In this document: piece by piece, positions 1 through 9,613 of the stretch | How positions within the stretch are numbered: position 1 is the stretch's first letter | Layout: each line of letters starts with the position of its first letter | Source of the DNA: Candidatus Woesearchaeota archaeon | GTDB lineage: Archaea; Nanobdellota; Nanobdellia; SCGC-AAA011-G17; GW2011-AR18 | DNA: 64,000 bases | Reading direction: 5' to 3' | Assembly: GCA_016179945.1 (NCBI GenBank) | Contig: JACPCE010000001.1 | Location: 9,202-73,201 of the forward strand | Position numbers and translations under genes: made by a program | The notes under the pieces: generated by a model | Databases searched by the model: none | What the model saw: the letters and a program-made list of their open reading frames with translations, nothing else | Told to the model about the DNA's origin: nothing

Positions 1-2
1 TT

Positions 3-1133
3 AGAAGGTGTGGAAAATCTACTCTCATTTATATATTAAAAAAACATTTACAATTAAAAGAAAAGGAATGGTTATATCTAAATTTCAATGATGAAAGATT
101 ATCTCAGTTCTCAATAGAAGATTTCCAAAAAATTATAGATTATCTCAACGAAAAAGATTACGAAGAAAAATGCTTTTTATTTATTGATGAGATACAGGAA
201 GTCGGTAAATGGGAGAAATGGATAGACAGGATAAAAGAAAAATACCAAATCATTATAACAGGATCAAATTCCAAATTATTAAGCAAAGAAATTTCAACCA
301 TTTTGACTGGAAGATCAATAAATGTAAGTTTGTACCCTTTTAGTTTTATGGAATTTATAAATGCAAAAAATATCTTATTAAAAAACTGGGAAATAGATTT
401 AAAATTGCAAGCTAAAATAAGAAAAGAATTTTCTTTATTCATGTTATCTGGTGGGATACCAAAAAGAGTGACTGATAATGATGATAAAATATTACAGGAA
501 AATTATGAAAATATTCTTTATAGGGATATTATAAAAAGATTTAATGCAAATCTAGAAAAGACAATTAAAGAGATATCAGTATACATGCTATCAAATATAT
601 CTAAAGAACTGAGCTTAAGATCATTGTCAAAAACAGTTGAAGTAAAAAACCTATCAACATTAAAATCTATTTTAGATACATTTGAAAAAGCATTCGTAAT
701 ATTTTTTATAAACAAATTCGATTATTCAATAAGAAAACAAATAAAAAACCCAAAAAAAATATATTGCATTGATAATGGGTTTATTGCTCAAGGAGGTTTT
801 AGATTTTCAGATGATGATGGAAAGCTTTTGGAGAACTTGGTTTTTATAGAGCTAAAAAGAATTTACAATAACGAAATTTACTATTTTTCAGAAAAAAATG
901 AATGTGATTTTATTCTAAGAACTGGAAATAAAGTTATAAAAGCTATTCAGGTTTGCTATGATTTAAATAATGAAAATAAAGAAAGGGAAATAAATGGGTT
1001 GCTTGAAGCTATAAATAAATTTGGTTTGAACGAGGGTTTAATATTGACATTTGATAAAGAAGAAGAGATTAAAATAGGAAATAAAAAAATAAAAATTAAA
1101 CCTGCATGGAAATGGCTCTTATCTAATAATTAG
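3..1133 (+). CDS. AAA+ ATPase, DUF4143/COG1373 family (5' end outside the window)
   Basis: Frame 3 is open from position 3 and continuous with ORF 303..1133. The translation reads RRCGKSTLIYILKKH...FIDEIQEVGKWEKWID, a Walker-A remnant GKST and the typical DUF4143 C-terminal region. Confidence 0.6.
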   Translation, partial: RRCGKSTLIYILKKHLQLKEKEWLYLNFNDERLSQFSIEDFQKIIDYLNEKDYEEKCFLFIDEIQEVGKWEKWIDRIKEKYQIIITGSNSKLLSKEISTILTGRSINVSLYPFSFMEFINAKNILLKNWEIDLKLQAKIRKEFSLFMLSGGIPKRVTDNDDKILQENYENILYRDIIKRFNANLEKTIKEISVYMLSNISKELSLRSLSKTVEVKNLSTLKSILDTFEKAFVIFFINKFDYSIRKQIKNPKKIYCIDNGFIAQGGFRFSDDDGKLLENLVFIELKRIYNNEIYYFSEKNECDFILRTGNKVIKAIQVCYDLNNENKEREINGLLEAINKFGLNEGLILTFDKEEEIKIGNKKIKIKPAWKWLLSNN

Positions 1134-3502
1134 AATTCAACTTTTAATTTTTTTTCATATTTAATGTTCTGTGCTTGTGTAACAGCAGCTAGGTCTTTTT
1201 CTACATTATTCAAAATTAAGTTATCAACAACCAATAATTTCACAGGCTCTTTTAAAGATTTAGAATTTCTGGATTTTTCCTGTCTTACAAAACCCACTAC
1301 GTTAACAAACTCATCTCCAATTTCAATAGATTTCTCATTCAATTTCAATTTCACTTCGGGCCATTCACTAATATGTATGCTTTCTGTATCCTCAGACTTC
1401 TTAAAAATATCTTGGTACAACTCCTCTGTAATATAAGGCATTATAGGGGCAAACAATTTCAAAATATTTAATAAACATATATGTAAAGTATACAATGCAC
1501 TTTCTTTTCCTTTGTTTGAAACTTCAGAATAAACCCTGTGTTTTACAAACTCTAGATAATTATCACAAAAGTCTTTCCAGAAAAATAATTCTATTGCTGA
1601 TTTAGCCTTGCTATATTCATAAGATTCAAAACCAACAGTGCAAGCCTTTATTGTTTTATCCAATCTATAAAGTATCCACTGATCTAAAATTTCTAGATCA
1701 GCTTTTCTTAATTTATAATTCTCAAAATGCTTTTTAACAAAACTAGCAGCATTCCATAATTTTGTTATTGTCTTATATCCTGTAGCTAAATCCTTCTCTA
1801 AATATCTTAAATCATCTCCTAATTTAGAGCCAGCAGCCCAAAATCTTAATGCATCAGCTGGATATTTACTTAATACTTGAGCAGGTTCAACTACATTGCC
1901 CTTAGACTTATGCATTGCTTGTCCTTTAGGATCAAGAACATGGCCAGAAATAACTATGTCTTTCCAAGGAATTTCATTATGATGATAAATACTTTTAACT
2001 ATTGTATAAAAAGCCCAGGTTCGAATTATATCATGAGCCTGAGCTCTCAAACTACAAGGAAAAATTTTCTCAAAATCAAAATCATAAAAATTATCTCCAG
2101 TCCAATTTAATATTATTTGAGGAGTAACACTAGAAGTATTCCAAGTATCCATAACATCTTGTTCACCATCAAAATTATTAGAACCGCATTTGCATTTTTT
2201 CTTAGGCTTATCAACTAAAGGATCAACAGGTAGGTCTTTTTCATCTGCAACAACAAAGTTCCCGCATTTTTTACAATTCCAAACAGGAAATGGAACTCCA
2301 AAATGTCTCTGCCTTGATATACACCAGTCCCATTGTAATCCTTCAATCCAATGTTCATACCTAATCTTCATAAATTCAGGATACCATTTTATTTTATTGC
2401 CTGCTTCTAAAAACCTTTTCTTATTATCTAAAATTTTAATAAACCATTGTCTCGTACTCAAAAACTCTATCTCAGTACCGCACCTTTCATGAACATTAAC
2501 AACTTGTTTCAGTGGTTCTTGTTTGACTAAAGCTCCGGCACTTTTCCAGTCTTCCAAAACAGCATCTCTGGCCTCTTTAACAGTCATGCCTTTGTATTTG
2601 CCTGCTTTTTCATTTAATGTCCCGTCTTTATTCATAATATGTATTACTTTTAACTCTGGATGTTTTCTTACAAATTGTAAATCATGAATATCCCCATAAG
2701 GACACCAATAAACTGCTCCAGTTCCAAATTCCATTTTGGAAAAATCATCAGCAATTACAGGAACTTTAATATTACTAACAGGAATTATCGCCTTCTTTCC
2801 TACTAAACTTTTATACCTTTCATCATCAGGATGAACAGAAATAGCAATACAAGCCATCATAAGTTCAGGTCTTGTTGTAGCAAATATTACATTTCCCCCA
2901 CCCTCAACTTCAGTTTTAATATAATTAAGTTTAGATTCTCTTTCTTTGTCTTCTAAATCAGCTTGCGCAATTGCAGTTTGGCATTGAACACACCACATTG
3001 TAACGCCTTCACTATTATAAGTTAAACCCTTATTAAACAAATCAATAAAAGATTTTTGTGATGTTCTTATACAATGTTCATCTATTGTTGAATAAATATC
3101 AGAAAAATCACAGCTCATACCTATTATTTTCCAATCATTAACAAAATCATTTTTAATTTCTTTGATTGTTTTATCACAAAGCACTACAAATTCCTGTCTT
3201 GGCATTTTAACAGATCTAACATTTTTTAGCTTTTCAACAAGTTTCTCTGTAGGCAAACCATTGTCATCAGTTCCAAAAGGATAAAACACATTTTCTCCTT
3301 TCATTCTATGATATCTAGCAATAAAATCTTGTTGAGAATAACTAAATGCATGTCCTATATGCATCTTCCCGGAAACTGTAGGTGGTGGTGTATCAATAAT
3401 GTAATTTTTCGCTTTAGATTTTTTATTATAAATATAAATGCCCTTTCTATCCCAAAATTCTCTCCATTTCTTTTCCGCATCTTTAAAATTATAAACGTTC
3501 AT
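1130..3502 (-). CDS. valS: Valyl-tRNA synthetase (class I)
   Basis: 790 aa. N-terminal PPPTVSGKMHIGHAFSYSQQDFIARYHRMKG...GTDDNGLPTE is a ValRS-type HIGH region. A KMSKS-like element MHKSKGNVV is present. The size fits archaeal ValRS. Confidence 0.8.
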   Translation of the reverse strand: MNVYNFKDAEKKWREFWDRKGIYIYNKKSKAKNYIIDTPPPTVSGKMHIGHAFSYSQQDFIARYHRMKGENVFYPFGTDDNGLPTEKLVEKLKNVRSVKMPRQEFVVLCDKTIKEIKNDFVNDWKIIGMSCDFSDIYSTIDEHCIRTSQKSFIDLFNKGLTYNSEGVTMWCVQCQTAIAQADLEDKERESKLNYIKTEVEGGGNVIFATTRPELMMACIAISVHPDDERYKSLVGKKAIIPVSNIKVPVIADDFSKMEFGTGAVYWCPYGDIHDLQFVRKHPELKVIHIMNKDGTLNEKAGKYKGMTVKEARDAVLEDWKSAGALVKQEPLKQVVNVHERCGTEIEFLSTRQWFIKILDNKKRFLEAGNKIKWYPEFMKIRYEHWIEGLQWDWCISRQRHFGVPFPVWNCKKCGNFVVADEKDLPVDPLVDKPKKKCKCGSNNFDGEQDVMDTWNTSSVTPQIILNWTGDNFYDFDFEKIFPCSLRAQAHDIIRTWAFYTIVKSIYHHNEIPWKDIVISGHVLDPKGQAMHKSKGNVVEPAQVLSKYPADALRFWAAGSKLGDDLRYLEKDLATGYKTITKLWNAASFVKKHFENYKLRKADLEILDQWILYRLDKTIKACTVGFESYEYSKAKSAIELFFWKDFCDNYLEFVKHRVYSEVSNKGKESALYTLHICLLNILKLFAPIMPYITEELYQDIFKKSEDTESIHISEWPEVKLKLNEKSIEIGDEFVNVVGFVRQEKSRNSKSLKEPVKLLVVDNLILNNVEKDLAAVTQAQNIKYEKKLKVEF

Positions 3503-3702
3503 AGTTTACTCCTTCAATTTATTTATTAAAAACTTTGTGTTTATTAAAATTAACAATGTATTGCCTAAAAGGCTTAAACCACTACAACAAATGAAAAAAT
3601 ATTTACAAGAAATTGCTTATTAATAACAAAAAAACAATTTGTCATAAAAATTAGAGAGTAAGATTATATTAAAGGCTTTCTATCAAACCAAACTATACAA
3701 AA

Positions 3703-3714
3703 AGTTTAAGAATA
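3703..3714 (+). promoter_or_regulatory. TATA-box-like element (TTTAAGAATA) about 30 nt upstream of tRNA-Phe
   Basis: An A/T hexamer lies about 25-30 nt upstream of the tRNA 5' end, at the usual archaeal promoter distance. Confidence 0.3.
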
Positions 3715-3738
3715 TTGGTTTGATTCAAAATTAAATAA

Positions 3739-3850
3739 GGGGACGTAGCTCAATCTGTGGATAACACCGATTAAGGAGAGTACACAACTTATAAGTTGGC
3801 TTATACCGCTGAAGCCGGTGTTGTTATGGGTTCAAATCCCATCGTCCCCA
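3739..3850 (+). tRNA. tRNA-Phe (anticodon GAA at 3811-3813) with two putative introns, in the D-loop (~3756-3774) and at 26/27 (~3783-3803)
   Basis: Acceptor GGGGACG/CGTCCCC with A73. D-stem GCTC/GAGT. Anticodon arm TACCG-CTGAAGC-CGGTG. T-arm ATGGG-TTCAAAT-CCCAT. The gene is 112 nt against about 73 expected. The extra approximately 40 nt includes a palindrome CAACTTATAAGTTG at 26/27. Confidence 0.65.
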
Positions 3851-3894
3851 TATTCATCAAAACATTTAAATATAATACATAACAATTAAAACCC

Positions 3895-4410
3895 ATGCAA
3901 TCAAAAAAGGGTGCTATTGAGCTTTCTATAACAACAATAATAGTTGTTGTTATTGGTGTTACCCTCTTAATATTTGGCTTGGTCTTCGTAAGAGGTGTAT
4001 TTGAAAAAGTTACTACATTAACAGAAGATGCATTCAGAGCTGCAGAAAAAGAAGTTCAGCAAAGAATGGGTGCCAGTGATAAAATCTATGTATCTGGTGT
4101 TAATTTTGAAGTAGAATCTGGTAAATCAACAGTATTTACTGTGGGTGTACAAAACTTTGGAGAAGAAACAACAGTATCAAAATTTAAAATAGACATAGTT
4201 CCTGGAGATACTAAAATAAAGAAAGACGAATGGTTCACATTGCCACCAGAAGATAATCTAAAACCTGGAGACAAAAAAGGTTTTCCAGTTAAAGTTACAC
4301 TGCCTAAAGGTGCACCGCCAGGAAAAAGTTACACATTTACAATAAGAGTATTCAAAAACAATGAAGAATATGCCTCTCAAGCAATAATTGTTTCTGTAAA
4401 AGAAAGTTAA
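3895..4410 (+). CDS. Archaeal type IV pilin-like protein (class III signal peptide)
   Basis: N-terminus MQSKKGAIELSITTIIVVVIGVTLLIFGLVF has a basic residue, G/A, then a long hydrophobic helix. This is the prepilin-peptidase (FlaK/PibD) substrate pattern. Confidence 0.55.
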   Translation: MQSKKGAIELSITTIIVVVIGVTLLIFGLVFVRGVFEKVTTLTEDAFRAAEKEVQQRMGASDKIYVSGVNFEVESGKSTVFTVGVQNFGEETTVSKFKIDIVPGDTKIKKDEWFTLPPEDNLKPGDKKGFPVKVTLPKGAPPGKSYTFTIRVFKNNEEYASQAIIVSVKES

Positions 4411-4474
4411 AATAAACCCTTCAACTAGTTTGTAAATTATTTATTTGTATGATATTAAAAATGAAGAAAAAAAA

Positions 4475-4690
4475 TTAAACAGATTCTATTGAGCTTAGAT
4501 CTTCATCTACACCTTCAAGATCGTTGTCATTCAAGTCTGTATTCTCTTGGTCTATATTTTTAATATCATTATCTATTGGTGTGGTTACCTGTCCTGATGT
4601 TTGCTCAGCAACTTTCCTTTGCTGAGTGCAGGAAGTTAAAAAAACCAAAAATAATGAAAATAAAAACAAAAAAGTTAGTGCTTTTTTCAT
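4475..4690 (-). CDS. Small acidic secreted/lipoprotein-like protein
   Basis: Signal peptide MKKALTFLFLFSLFLVFLTSC (lipobox-like LTSC) followed by a D/E/N-rich tail. Confidence 0.35.
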   Translation of the reverse strand: MKKALTFLFLFSLFLVFLTSCTQQRKVAEQTSGQVTTPIDNDIKNIDQENTDLNDNDLEGVDEDLSSIESV

Positions 4691-4731
4691 ATTAACTCCA
4701 TGTTCTATTCCTATATTAAGCTTACGCTCAT

Positions 4732-5778
4732 TTATGAAGCACTTGCATTAGCACTAACTTCTACTTCAGTCTCTGCTTCATTCTCAGACAAGTCTTCTAA
4801 TTCACTCTCAGCTTCAGCACCAGCTTTGATCTTAATAGAAAATACTATCTTCTTAAGATCTTCATGTGCTAGTTTAAGTTCCTTATGAGCCTCAACCAAT
4901 AGTTTATGCCCTTCCTTAACTATCGCACTTGTATTGCCTTCAGCCTCAAATTTAACTCTTGCTTGTTCTACAAAATTCTTCGCATTGGCTATATGCATTC
5001 TGAAGCTTTCAAATTGTGGTTCTACACTTGAAACATCATAACCTTTTTGTTCTAATCTATCAAGTGTTTTTTCTAGTTTCTTTTCAAGGGATTCAGCTCT
5101 TTGAGTCGCAAATGAAAACTTATGAGACATTACAGTTCCTCTAGATTCCTCAAGATGTTCTTTAACGTCCTTCCACTCAGCTCTCAACTTTTTAGCTAAT
5201 TCCTTGACTTCTTCCTTTGTTGTTGCATTCTCTACTTCAACTTTATATTTAGCTAAAATCTCAAGTTTTGCGTTTACTGCTTCAAGCTTAGTTTCCAAGC
5301 TAGCTTTATTATCAGTCTGTGCCATTACTTCTTCAATCTTAGCCTTTCTTTTCTCCAAGACACGCTCCATTGTATTTATTGTTTTTAATAAATAACTCTT
5401 CGCATCTTCTTTCAAAAAGTTGTCCTTCCTTTTATTACACTCTTCGCTTGAATTATTATTACAAGCTTCTTTTACTTCTTTATGCTTTGCTCTAAAATCA
5501 ACTTTTGCTTTCACATAAGCTTCTTTTGATAGCATAAACTTTTCCTTTGTCTCTAGGAACTTAGTTCTTAATTCTACATGCTTTTTCATTGCAAGCTCTC
5601 TGTCCATCTTTACACTAACATTAGCTTTAACAATAGAACTAACTTCTTTGCCAAACTCGCTTAGTCCTTTCATTCTGTCTTGTTTCTCAGCCTTAACATC
5701 AGTATCTTCACTAGCTAATACAGGAAAGATACTAACTATAAATAAAGCCAAAACAACCAATGTCATTATTTTTTTCAT
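4732..5778 (-). CDS. Secreted Lys/Glu-rich coiled-coil protein
   Basis: N-terminal signal peptide MKKIMTLVVLALFIVSIFPVLAS. The rest is a heptad-like KE-rich sequence. Confidence 0.5.
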   Translation of the reverse strand: MKKIMTLVVLALFIVSIFPVLASEDTDVKAEKQDRMKGLSEFGKEVSSIVKANVSVKMDRELAMKKHVELRTKFLETKEKFMLSKEAYVKAKVDFRAKHKEVKEACNNNSSEECNKRKDNFLKEDAKSYLLKTINTMERVLEKRKAKIEEVMAQTDNKASLETKLEAVNAKLEILAKYKVEVENATTKEEVKELAKKLRAEWKDVKEHLEESRGTVMSHKFSFATQRAESLEKKLEKTLDRLEQKGYDVSSVEPQFESFRMHIANAKNFVEQARVKFEAEGNTSAIVKEGHKLLVEAHKELKLAHEDLKKIVFSIKIKAGAEAESELEDLSENEAETEVEVSANASAS

Positions 5779-5969
5779 TTTTTAACCTCCATTGTTAATT
5801 CAAATTTTTATTATGTTAAGATATAATACCTAACCTTCTTTATAAACATGCTTTCAAAATACTTAAATTAAAGCTTTATGAGAACAATTAAAACTTTACA
5901 AAGCTTTATTTTCCCTTTTTTTATTATTTAGAAAGATATTTAAGTCATTTTAGTTATAAAAAGATAAAA

Positions 5970-6641
5970 ATGAAGAAAACAATATTAATTTTGATTTTTA
6001 GTCTGTTTCTAGTACAAATAGTATCGGCAGCAACAATAAGCGGAACAGTCTATGATTTTTCATTAAAGAAAATAAATAATGTAATAATTGAAATTAATAC
6101 CCAGCCAATGCAAAGACAAATAGTAAAAGAAGGCTCTTATTCATTTGAAGTTCAAAAAGGTTCATATGCAATAGTCGCTAAAACAGCAGATAATATAATA
6201 ATTGCGAAGGAAAACATAATTGTAAGTGAAGAAGGTAAATATAATTTAGATCTAATTGGTTTTATTGACATAAGTGAAGAAGAAGAATTAGCAAACGATA
6301 CTAATATAGATATTAATGGTGACATTGATGTTGTAGAGCCAAATAATAATTATTGGTTAATAATATCTATTGTATTAATAATGGTTTTAATATTTGGCTT
6401 ATTTTACTATAAAAAAAGGAAAAAAGCTCCTGAAGTAAGTGAAGAAATAACTGATGATCTCACAGAAAAAATTCTAGATATAATGAAAAAAGAACAAGGA
6501 AGAATAACACAAAAAGAGCTTAGGAAAAAACTCCCTTATTCTGAAGCAAAAATAAGTTTAGTTCTTACTGAATTAGAAGCAATACAAAAGATAGAGAAAA
6601 TAAAAAAGGGTAGAAGTAATGTTATTATAATTAAAAAATAA
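5970..6641 (+). CDS. Membrane-anchored protein with a carboxypeptidase-regulatory-like beta domain outside and a C-terminal winged-helix domain inside
   Basis: Signal peptide; TISGTVYDF...GSYSFEV...GSYAIVAKT is CarboxypepD_reg-like. One TM helix LIISIVLIMVLIFGLFYY. C-terminal ITQKELRKKLPYSEAKISLVLTELEAIQKIEKIKKGRSNVIIIKK is HTH-like. Confidence 0.4.
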   Translation: MKKTILILIFSLFLVQIVSAATISGTVYDFSLKKINNVIIEINTQPMQRQIVKEGSYSFEVQKGSYAIVAKTADNIIIAKENIIVSEEGKYNLDLIGFIDISEEEELANDTNIDINGDIDVVEPNNNYWLIISIVLIMVLIFGLFYYKKRKKAPEVSEEITDDLTEKILDIMKKEQGRITQKELRKKLPYSEAKISLVLTELEAIQKIEKIKKGRSNVIIIKK

Positions 6642-6656
6642 TTATTGAATAAAAAC

Positions 6657-7253
6657 TTATGCAGCATTAGCCATACTGCTATAGGAAGAATAAGTATCAA
6701 TATTGCTCTTAGCGCTATTCAAATAATTAACTGCACTAACCAAATAGCCACAGACAGCATCCTTGCCCAATGAAGGCACAGGAAATCCTCTTTTTAATTT
6801 TTCTTCACCCCACATCTCAACTTGCAATATTTTTAAAATATCATAAACCTTATCATCATTTGCTTGAATATTTTTAGACCAAGCAATTATCATGTCTCTT
6901 AGCTGATCAGAATTTTTTATGCTATTTAAAGTATTTATTGTATTGTTCATTCTTTCATCAGCAAAAACAACACCGTTTCTTATTCCAGACCTCATATGAA
7001 TAAGTCTATTCTTAACTTCTTCATAATACAAAGGTTCATGCCTTCTGGCAGGCTGAAAATCTCTCATTGCCTCTAAAAATTTTCCTATATTCTCAGAAGC
7101 CAATTTTAAATTGTCTTTAGTAGATTTCAAATAACCATTAAGCTCTTCATCTGAAATCCTATTGCTGGAACTCATAAACCTGCTCTTTATAGTATCTAAA
7201 AATCCCATAACCATAGATACAGTTCTCTTGTTTAAATAAATTTCTCTACACAA
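6657..7253 (-). CDS. Hypothetical protein
   Basis: 198-aa ORF with a coding-like composition. The true start may be the internal MVMGFLD. Confidence 0.4.
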   Translation of the reverse strand: MCREIYLNKRTVSMVMGFLDTIKSRFMSSSNRISDEELNGYLKSTKDNLKLASENIGKFLEAMRDFQPARRHEPLYYEEVKNRLIHMRSGIRNGVVFADERMNNTINTLNSIKNSDQLRDMIIAWSKNIQANDDKVYDILKILQVEMWGEEKLKRGFPVPSLGKDAVCGYLVSAVNYLNSAKSNIDTYSSYSSMANAA

Positions 7254-7360
7254 AAATTAATTATACAAGATATAGAAAGCCTTTTAAATAATCCAAAATC
7301 ACCAATCTAAGAAAATCTAAAGGATTAACAAATCCACTTAACTCCGCGAGGAGCAAAAAT

Positions 7361-7786
7361 ATGGTAACTATATACGACGCAGATATACAAAAATCTATAG
7401 AAAAACTTAGCGATAGTTTAAAATCTCTTGTTAAAGCACCTGAATGGACAAAATTTGTTAAAACAGGGCAAAGCAAAGCAAGGCCTCCTGTTGATTCAGA
7501 CTGGTTCTACAAAAGAGCAGCTGCTATTTTAATCACAATATACAAAAGAGGGCCAATAGGTGTATCTAAACTAAGAGTTAAATATGGATCAAAGAAAAGA
7601 AGAGGACATAATCCAGAAAAATTTTACATAGCATCTGGTAAAATAATCAGAAATATACTTCAACAATTAGATAAGGCAAATCTTACATTGTATAAAAAAG
7701 AAGGGATAATAAAAGGCAGAATAATAACTGCTAAAGGAAAATCTCTAGTAAATAAAAACGCTGTAATAATGAAAAATGAGCAGTGA
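7361..7786 (+). CDS. rps19e: Ribosomal protein S19e
   Basis: MVTIYDADIQKSIEKL...PEWTKFVKTGQSKARPP...DWFYKRAAAILITIYKRGPIGVSKLR...GHNPEKFYIASGKIIRNILQQL matches the S19e consensus. Confidence 0.9.
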   Translation: MVTIYDADIQKSIEKLSDSLKSLVKAPEWTKFVKTGQSKARPPVDSDWFYKRAAAILITIYKRGPIGVSKLRVKYGSKKRRGHNPEKFYIASGKIIRNILQQLDKANLTLYKKEGIIKGRIITAKGKSLVNKNAVIMKNEQ

Positions 7787-8042
7787 GGATGAAGCAAGAA
7801 AAATTCAGGAAAAAATACTAGAGATTGAAACAATGGCAAAAAAATTCATGACACAAGAAGCAATATCACGCTATGGCACACTAAAAAGTGCACACATACA
7901 AAAAGCACTTCAGGCAATAGCATTAATTGCACAGCTCGCATCGCAAAATCAGATAAAAGAAAAAATAACAGATGAGCAGTTTAAGCAATTGCTTATGAGA
8001 TTAGAACCAGAGAAAAAAGAAACAAGGATAATAAGGAAATAA
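7776..8042 (+). CDS. PDCD5/TFAR19-like DNA-binding protein (COG2118)
   Basis: 88 aa. It sits in the conserved archaeal position between S19e and L39e. Helical, with [36 protein letters not shown]. Confidence 0.7.
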   Translation: MSSEDEARKIQEKILEIETMAKKFMTQEAISRYGTLKSAHIQKALQAIALIAQLASQNQIKEKITDEQFKQLLMRLEPEKKETRIIRK

Positions 8043-8043
8043 A

Positions 8044-8217
8044 ATGAGCCGTTATAAACCAAAAGCGAAAAAATTACGTTTGGCAAAGAAAGGAAAACAA
8101 ACTAGATGGGCTCCTCTTTGGTTAGTTCCAAAACTAAATAAAGGCCTTAGAAAAATTCATCCATCAAGATATACTACGAAGAAAAGAAGCTGGAGAAAAA
8201 CTAAAACTAAAGCATAA
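8044..8217 (+). CDS. rpl39e: Ribosomal protein L39e (absent from the ORF track, 57 aa)
   Basis: The translation [57 protein letters not shown] matches L39e. Confidence 0.85.
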   Translation: MSRYKPKAKKLRLAKKGKQTRWAPLWLVPKLNKGLRKIHPSRYTTKKRSWRKTKTKA

Positions 8218-8753
8218 TGGCAGAGGAAAAGATATTCACAATTGGTTTAAGAAAAGAATTTTTAAAGAAACCAAAATATAGAAGGGCTAAAAAAGCAGTT
8301 ACTGCTGTAAAGGAGTTTATTATACAACACTTAAAAGTAAAAGAAGTTAAAATAGGTCCGAACTTAAATTCAAAAATCTGGGAACGTGGAAAAAGAAATC
8401 CCCCTTCAAAAATAAAAGTTAAAGGTTTGGTAGAAGAAGGTATAGCCTATGTAGAGCTTCCTGAATTTGAATTTAAGCCAAAACCTAAAGAAGAAAAGAA
8501 GCTTGAAAAAACATCTAAAAAAGAGTCAGTTGAAGTAGCAAAAGAAGAGCAAAAGAAAGAACAGGAAAAAGAATCAATAAAAGAATTAGCACATGAAGAA
8601 AAAGTAAAAGAGAAGAAAGAACACCATCATGAACCTATAGAGGTTCCGCATGCTGAAATTAAGCAGCCTGAAAAAGACATAGAAAATAAATCTAAGAAAG
8701 GAAGAGTTGTTGGAAGTACAGGTAAAAAAGGCGCAAAACAAGCCAAGCCTTAA
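8217..8753 (+). CDS. rpl31e: Ribosomal protein L31e with a long Lys/Glu-rich C-terminal extension
   Basis: FTIGLRKEFLKKPKYRRAKKAVTAVKEFIIQHLKVKEVKIGPNLNSKIWERGKRNPPSKIKVKG is an L31e core of about 90 aa. About 85 further aa are KE-rich. Confidence 0.85.
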   Translation: MAEEKIFTIGLRKEFLKKPKYRRAKKAVTAVKEFIIQHLKVKEVKIGPNLNSKIWERGKRNPPSKIKVKGLVEEGIAYVELPEFEFKPKPKEEKKLEKTSKKESVEVAKEEQKKEQEKESIKELAHEEKVKEKKEHHHEPIEVPHAEIKQPEKDIENKSKKGRVVGSTGKKGAKQAKP

Positions 8754-8755
8754 AT

Positions 8756-9613
8756 TTATTTAACAGCTATATGCTGAACAAAGTCAAAATGTTCCGGTTT
8801 TTCTTTATTAAAATCATAATAAGTTTCAACTTTCTTAAAACCAACAGCCTTCAATAAAGAGAACATTTCTTCAGCCCTAAATGGATATAATTTAAGCCTG
8901 TAACTTTCATTCTTTTTATGATGCTTCCATTCCATAACAACATAATTATTATTAATTTCTATAGGATAACCAGAAACTAATTCCCCGCAATAATAATATT
9001 TTCTACTATACTTAAAATTAATTAAAGCTTCTTTTTTATTATTAAGCATGTAATCATAATTTCTATGGTCAATTATGAGAATGCCGCCTTTTCTTAAAAG
9101 AAAATACATTTCTTTAAGAGCTGTAATTTGGTCTTCTTTCTTGAGCATATAAGTAAAAGAATTGCCCAAACATATTAAAGCATCAAATTGAATATTATAG
9201 CACTTTGATAATTCTCTCCAATCACAATTTTTAATATTCAAAATAACATTATTTTTATTTGCATTAATTAAAGCTAAATTTTTAAAATCATTATCTATTT
9301 CATTACTATAGACTTGAAATTTATTTTTAATTAAATTTATAGATTCATAGCCGCCACCTAAAGCAGTATCTAAAATAACCTTACAGCCATTTTCTTTTAG
9401 TTTGTTAGTAAAGAAACTTTCCTCTCCTTTCTTTCTTTTTTCCCAATCTACAAAGTCTGTCCAAAGACCAACCATTCCTTTGGGTGTTAAATATGATTGT
9501 GTTTTTACCATAAACAACAAGAATTTATTAATATATATTAAGTGTTTTATATAAAAACTAGACAAAAAGATAATATTTATATATAATAAGTACATTTTGT
9601 CTATATGGAACAA
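8756..9613 (-). CDS. Class I SAM-dependent methyltransferase (likely start at MVKTQ, ~9508)
   Basis: VILDTALGGGYESI...NEIDNDF...FDALICLGNSFTYM are Rossmann MTase motifs I-III. The first 35 codons look like a hydrophobic translation of AT-rich DNA. Confidence 0.65.
   Translation of the reverse strand: MFHIDKMYLLYINIIFLSSFYIKHLIYINKFLLFMVKTQSYLTPKGMVGLWTDFVDWEKRKKGEESFFTNKLKENGCKVILDTALGGGYESINLIKNKFQVYSNEIDNDFKNLALINANKNNVILNIKNCDWRELSKCYNIQFDALICLGNSFTYMLKKEDQITALKEMYFLLRKGGILIIDHRNYDYMLNNKKEALINFKYSRKYYYCGELVSGYPIEINNNYVVMEWKHHKKNESYRLKLYPFRAEEMFSLLKAVGFKKVETYYDFNKEKPEHFDFVQHIAVK

Noticed and set aside
158-442. Antisense ORF inside the DUF4143 ATPase gene. Similar antisense ORFs lie inside valS (1164-1436, 1877-2110, 2190-2492, 3308-3529), inside the lysS pieces (16764-16976, 17141-17338, 17178-17897) and inside r-protein genes (36781-36981, 37242-37463, 37971-38288, 39847-40401, 44549-44746, 45798-46028, 46547-46801).
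   Set aside because: They lie opposite strongly conserved genes. Their translations are low-complexity F/L/I/S-rich, typical of AT-rich antisense frames.
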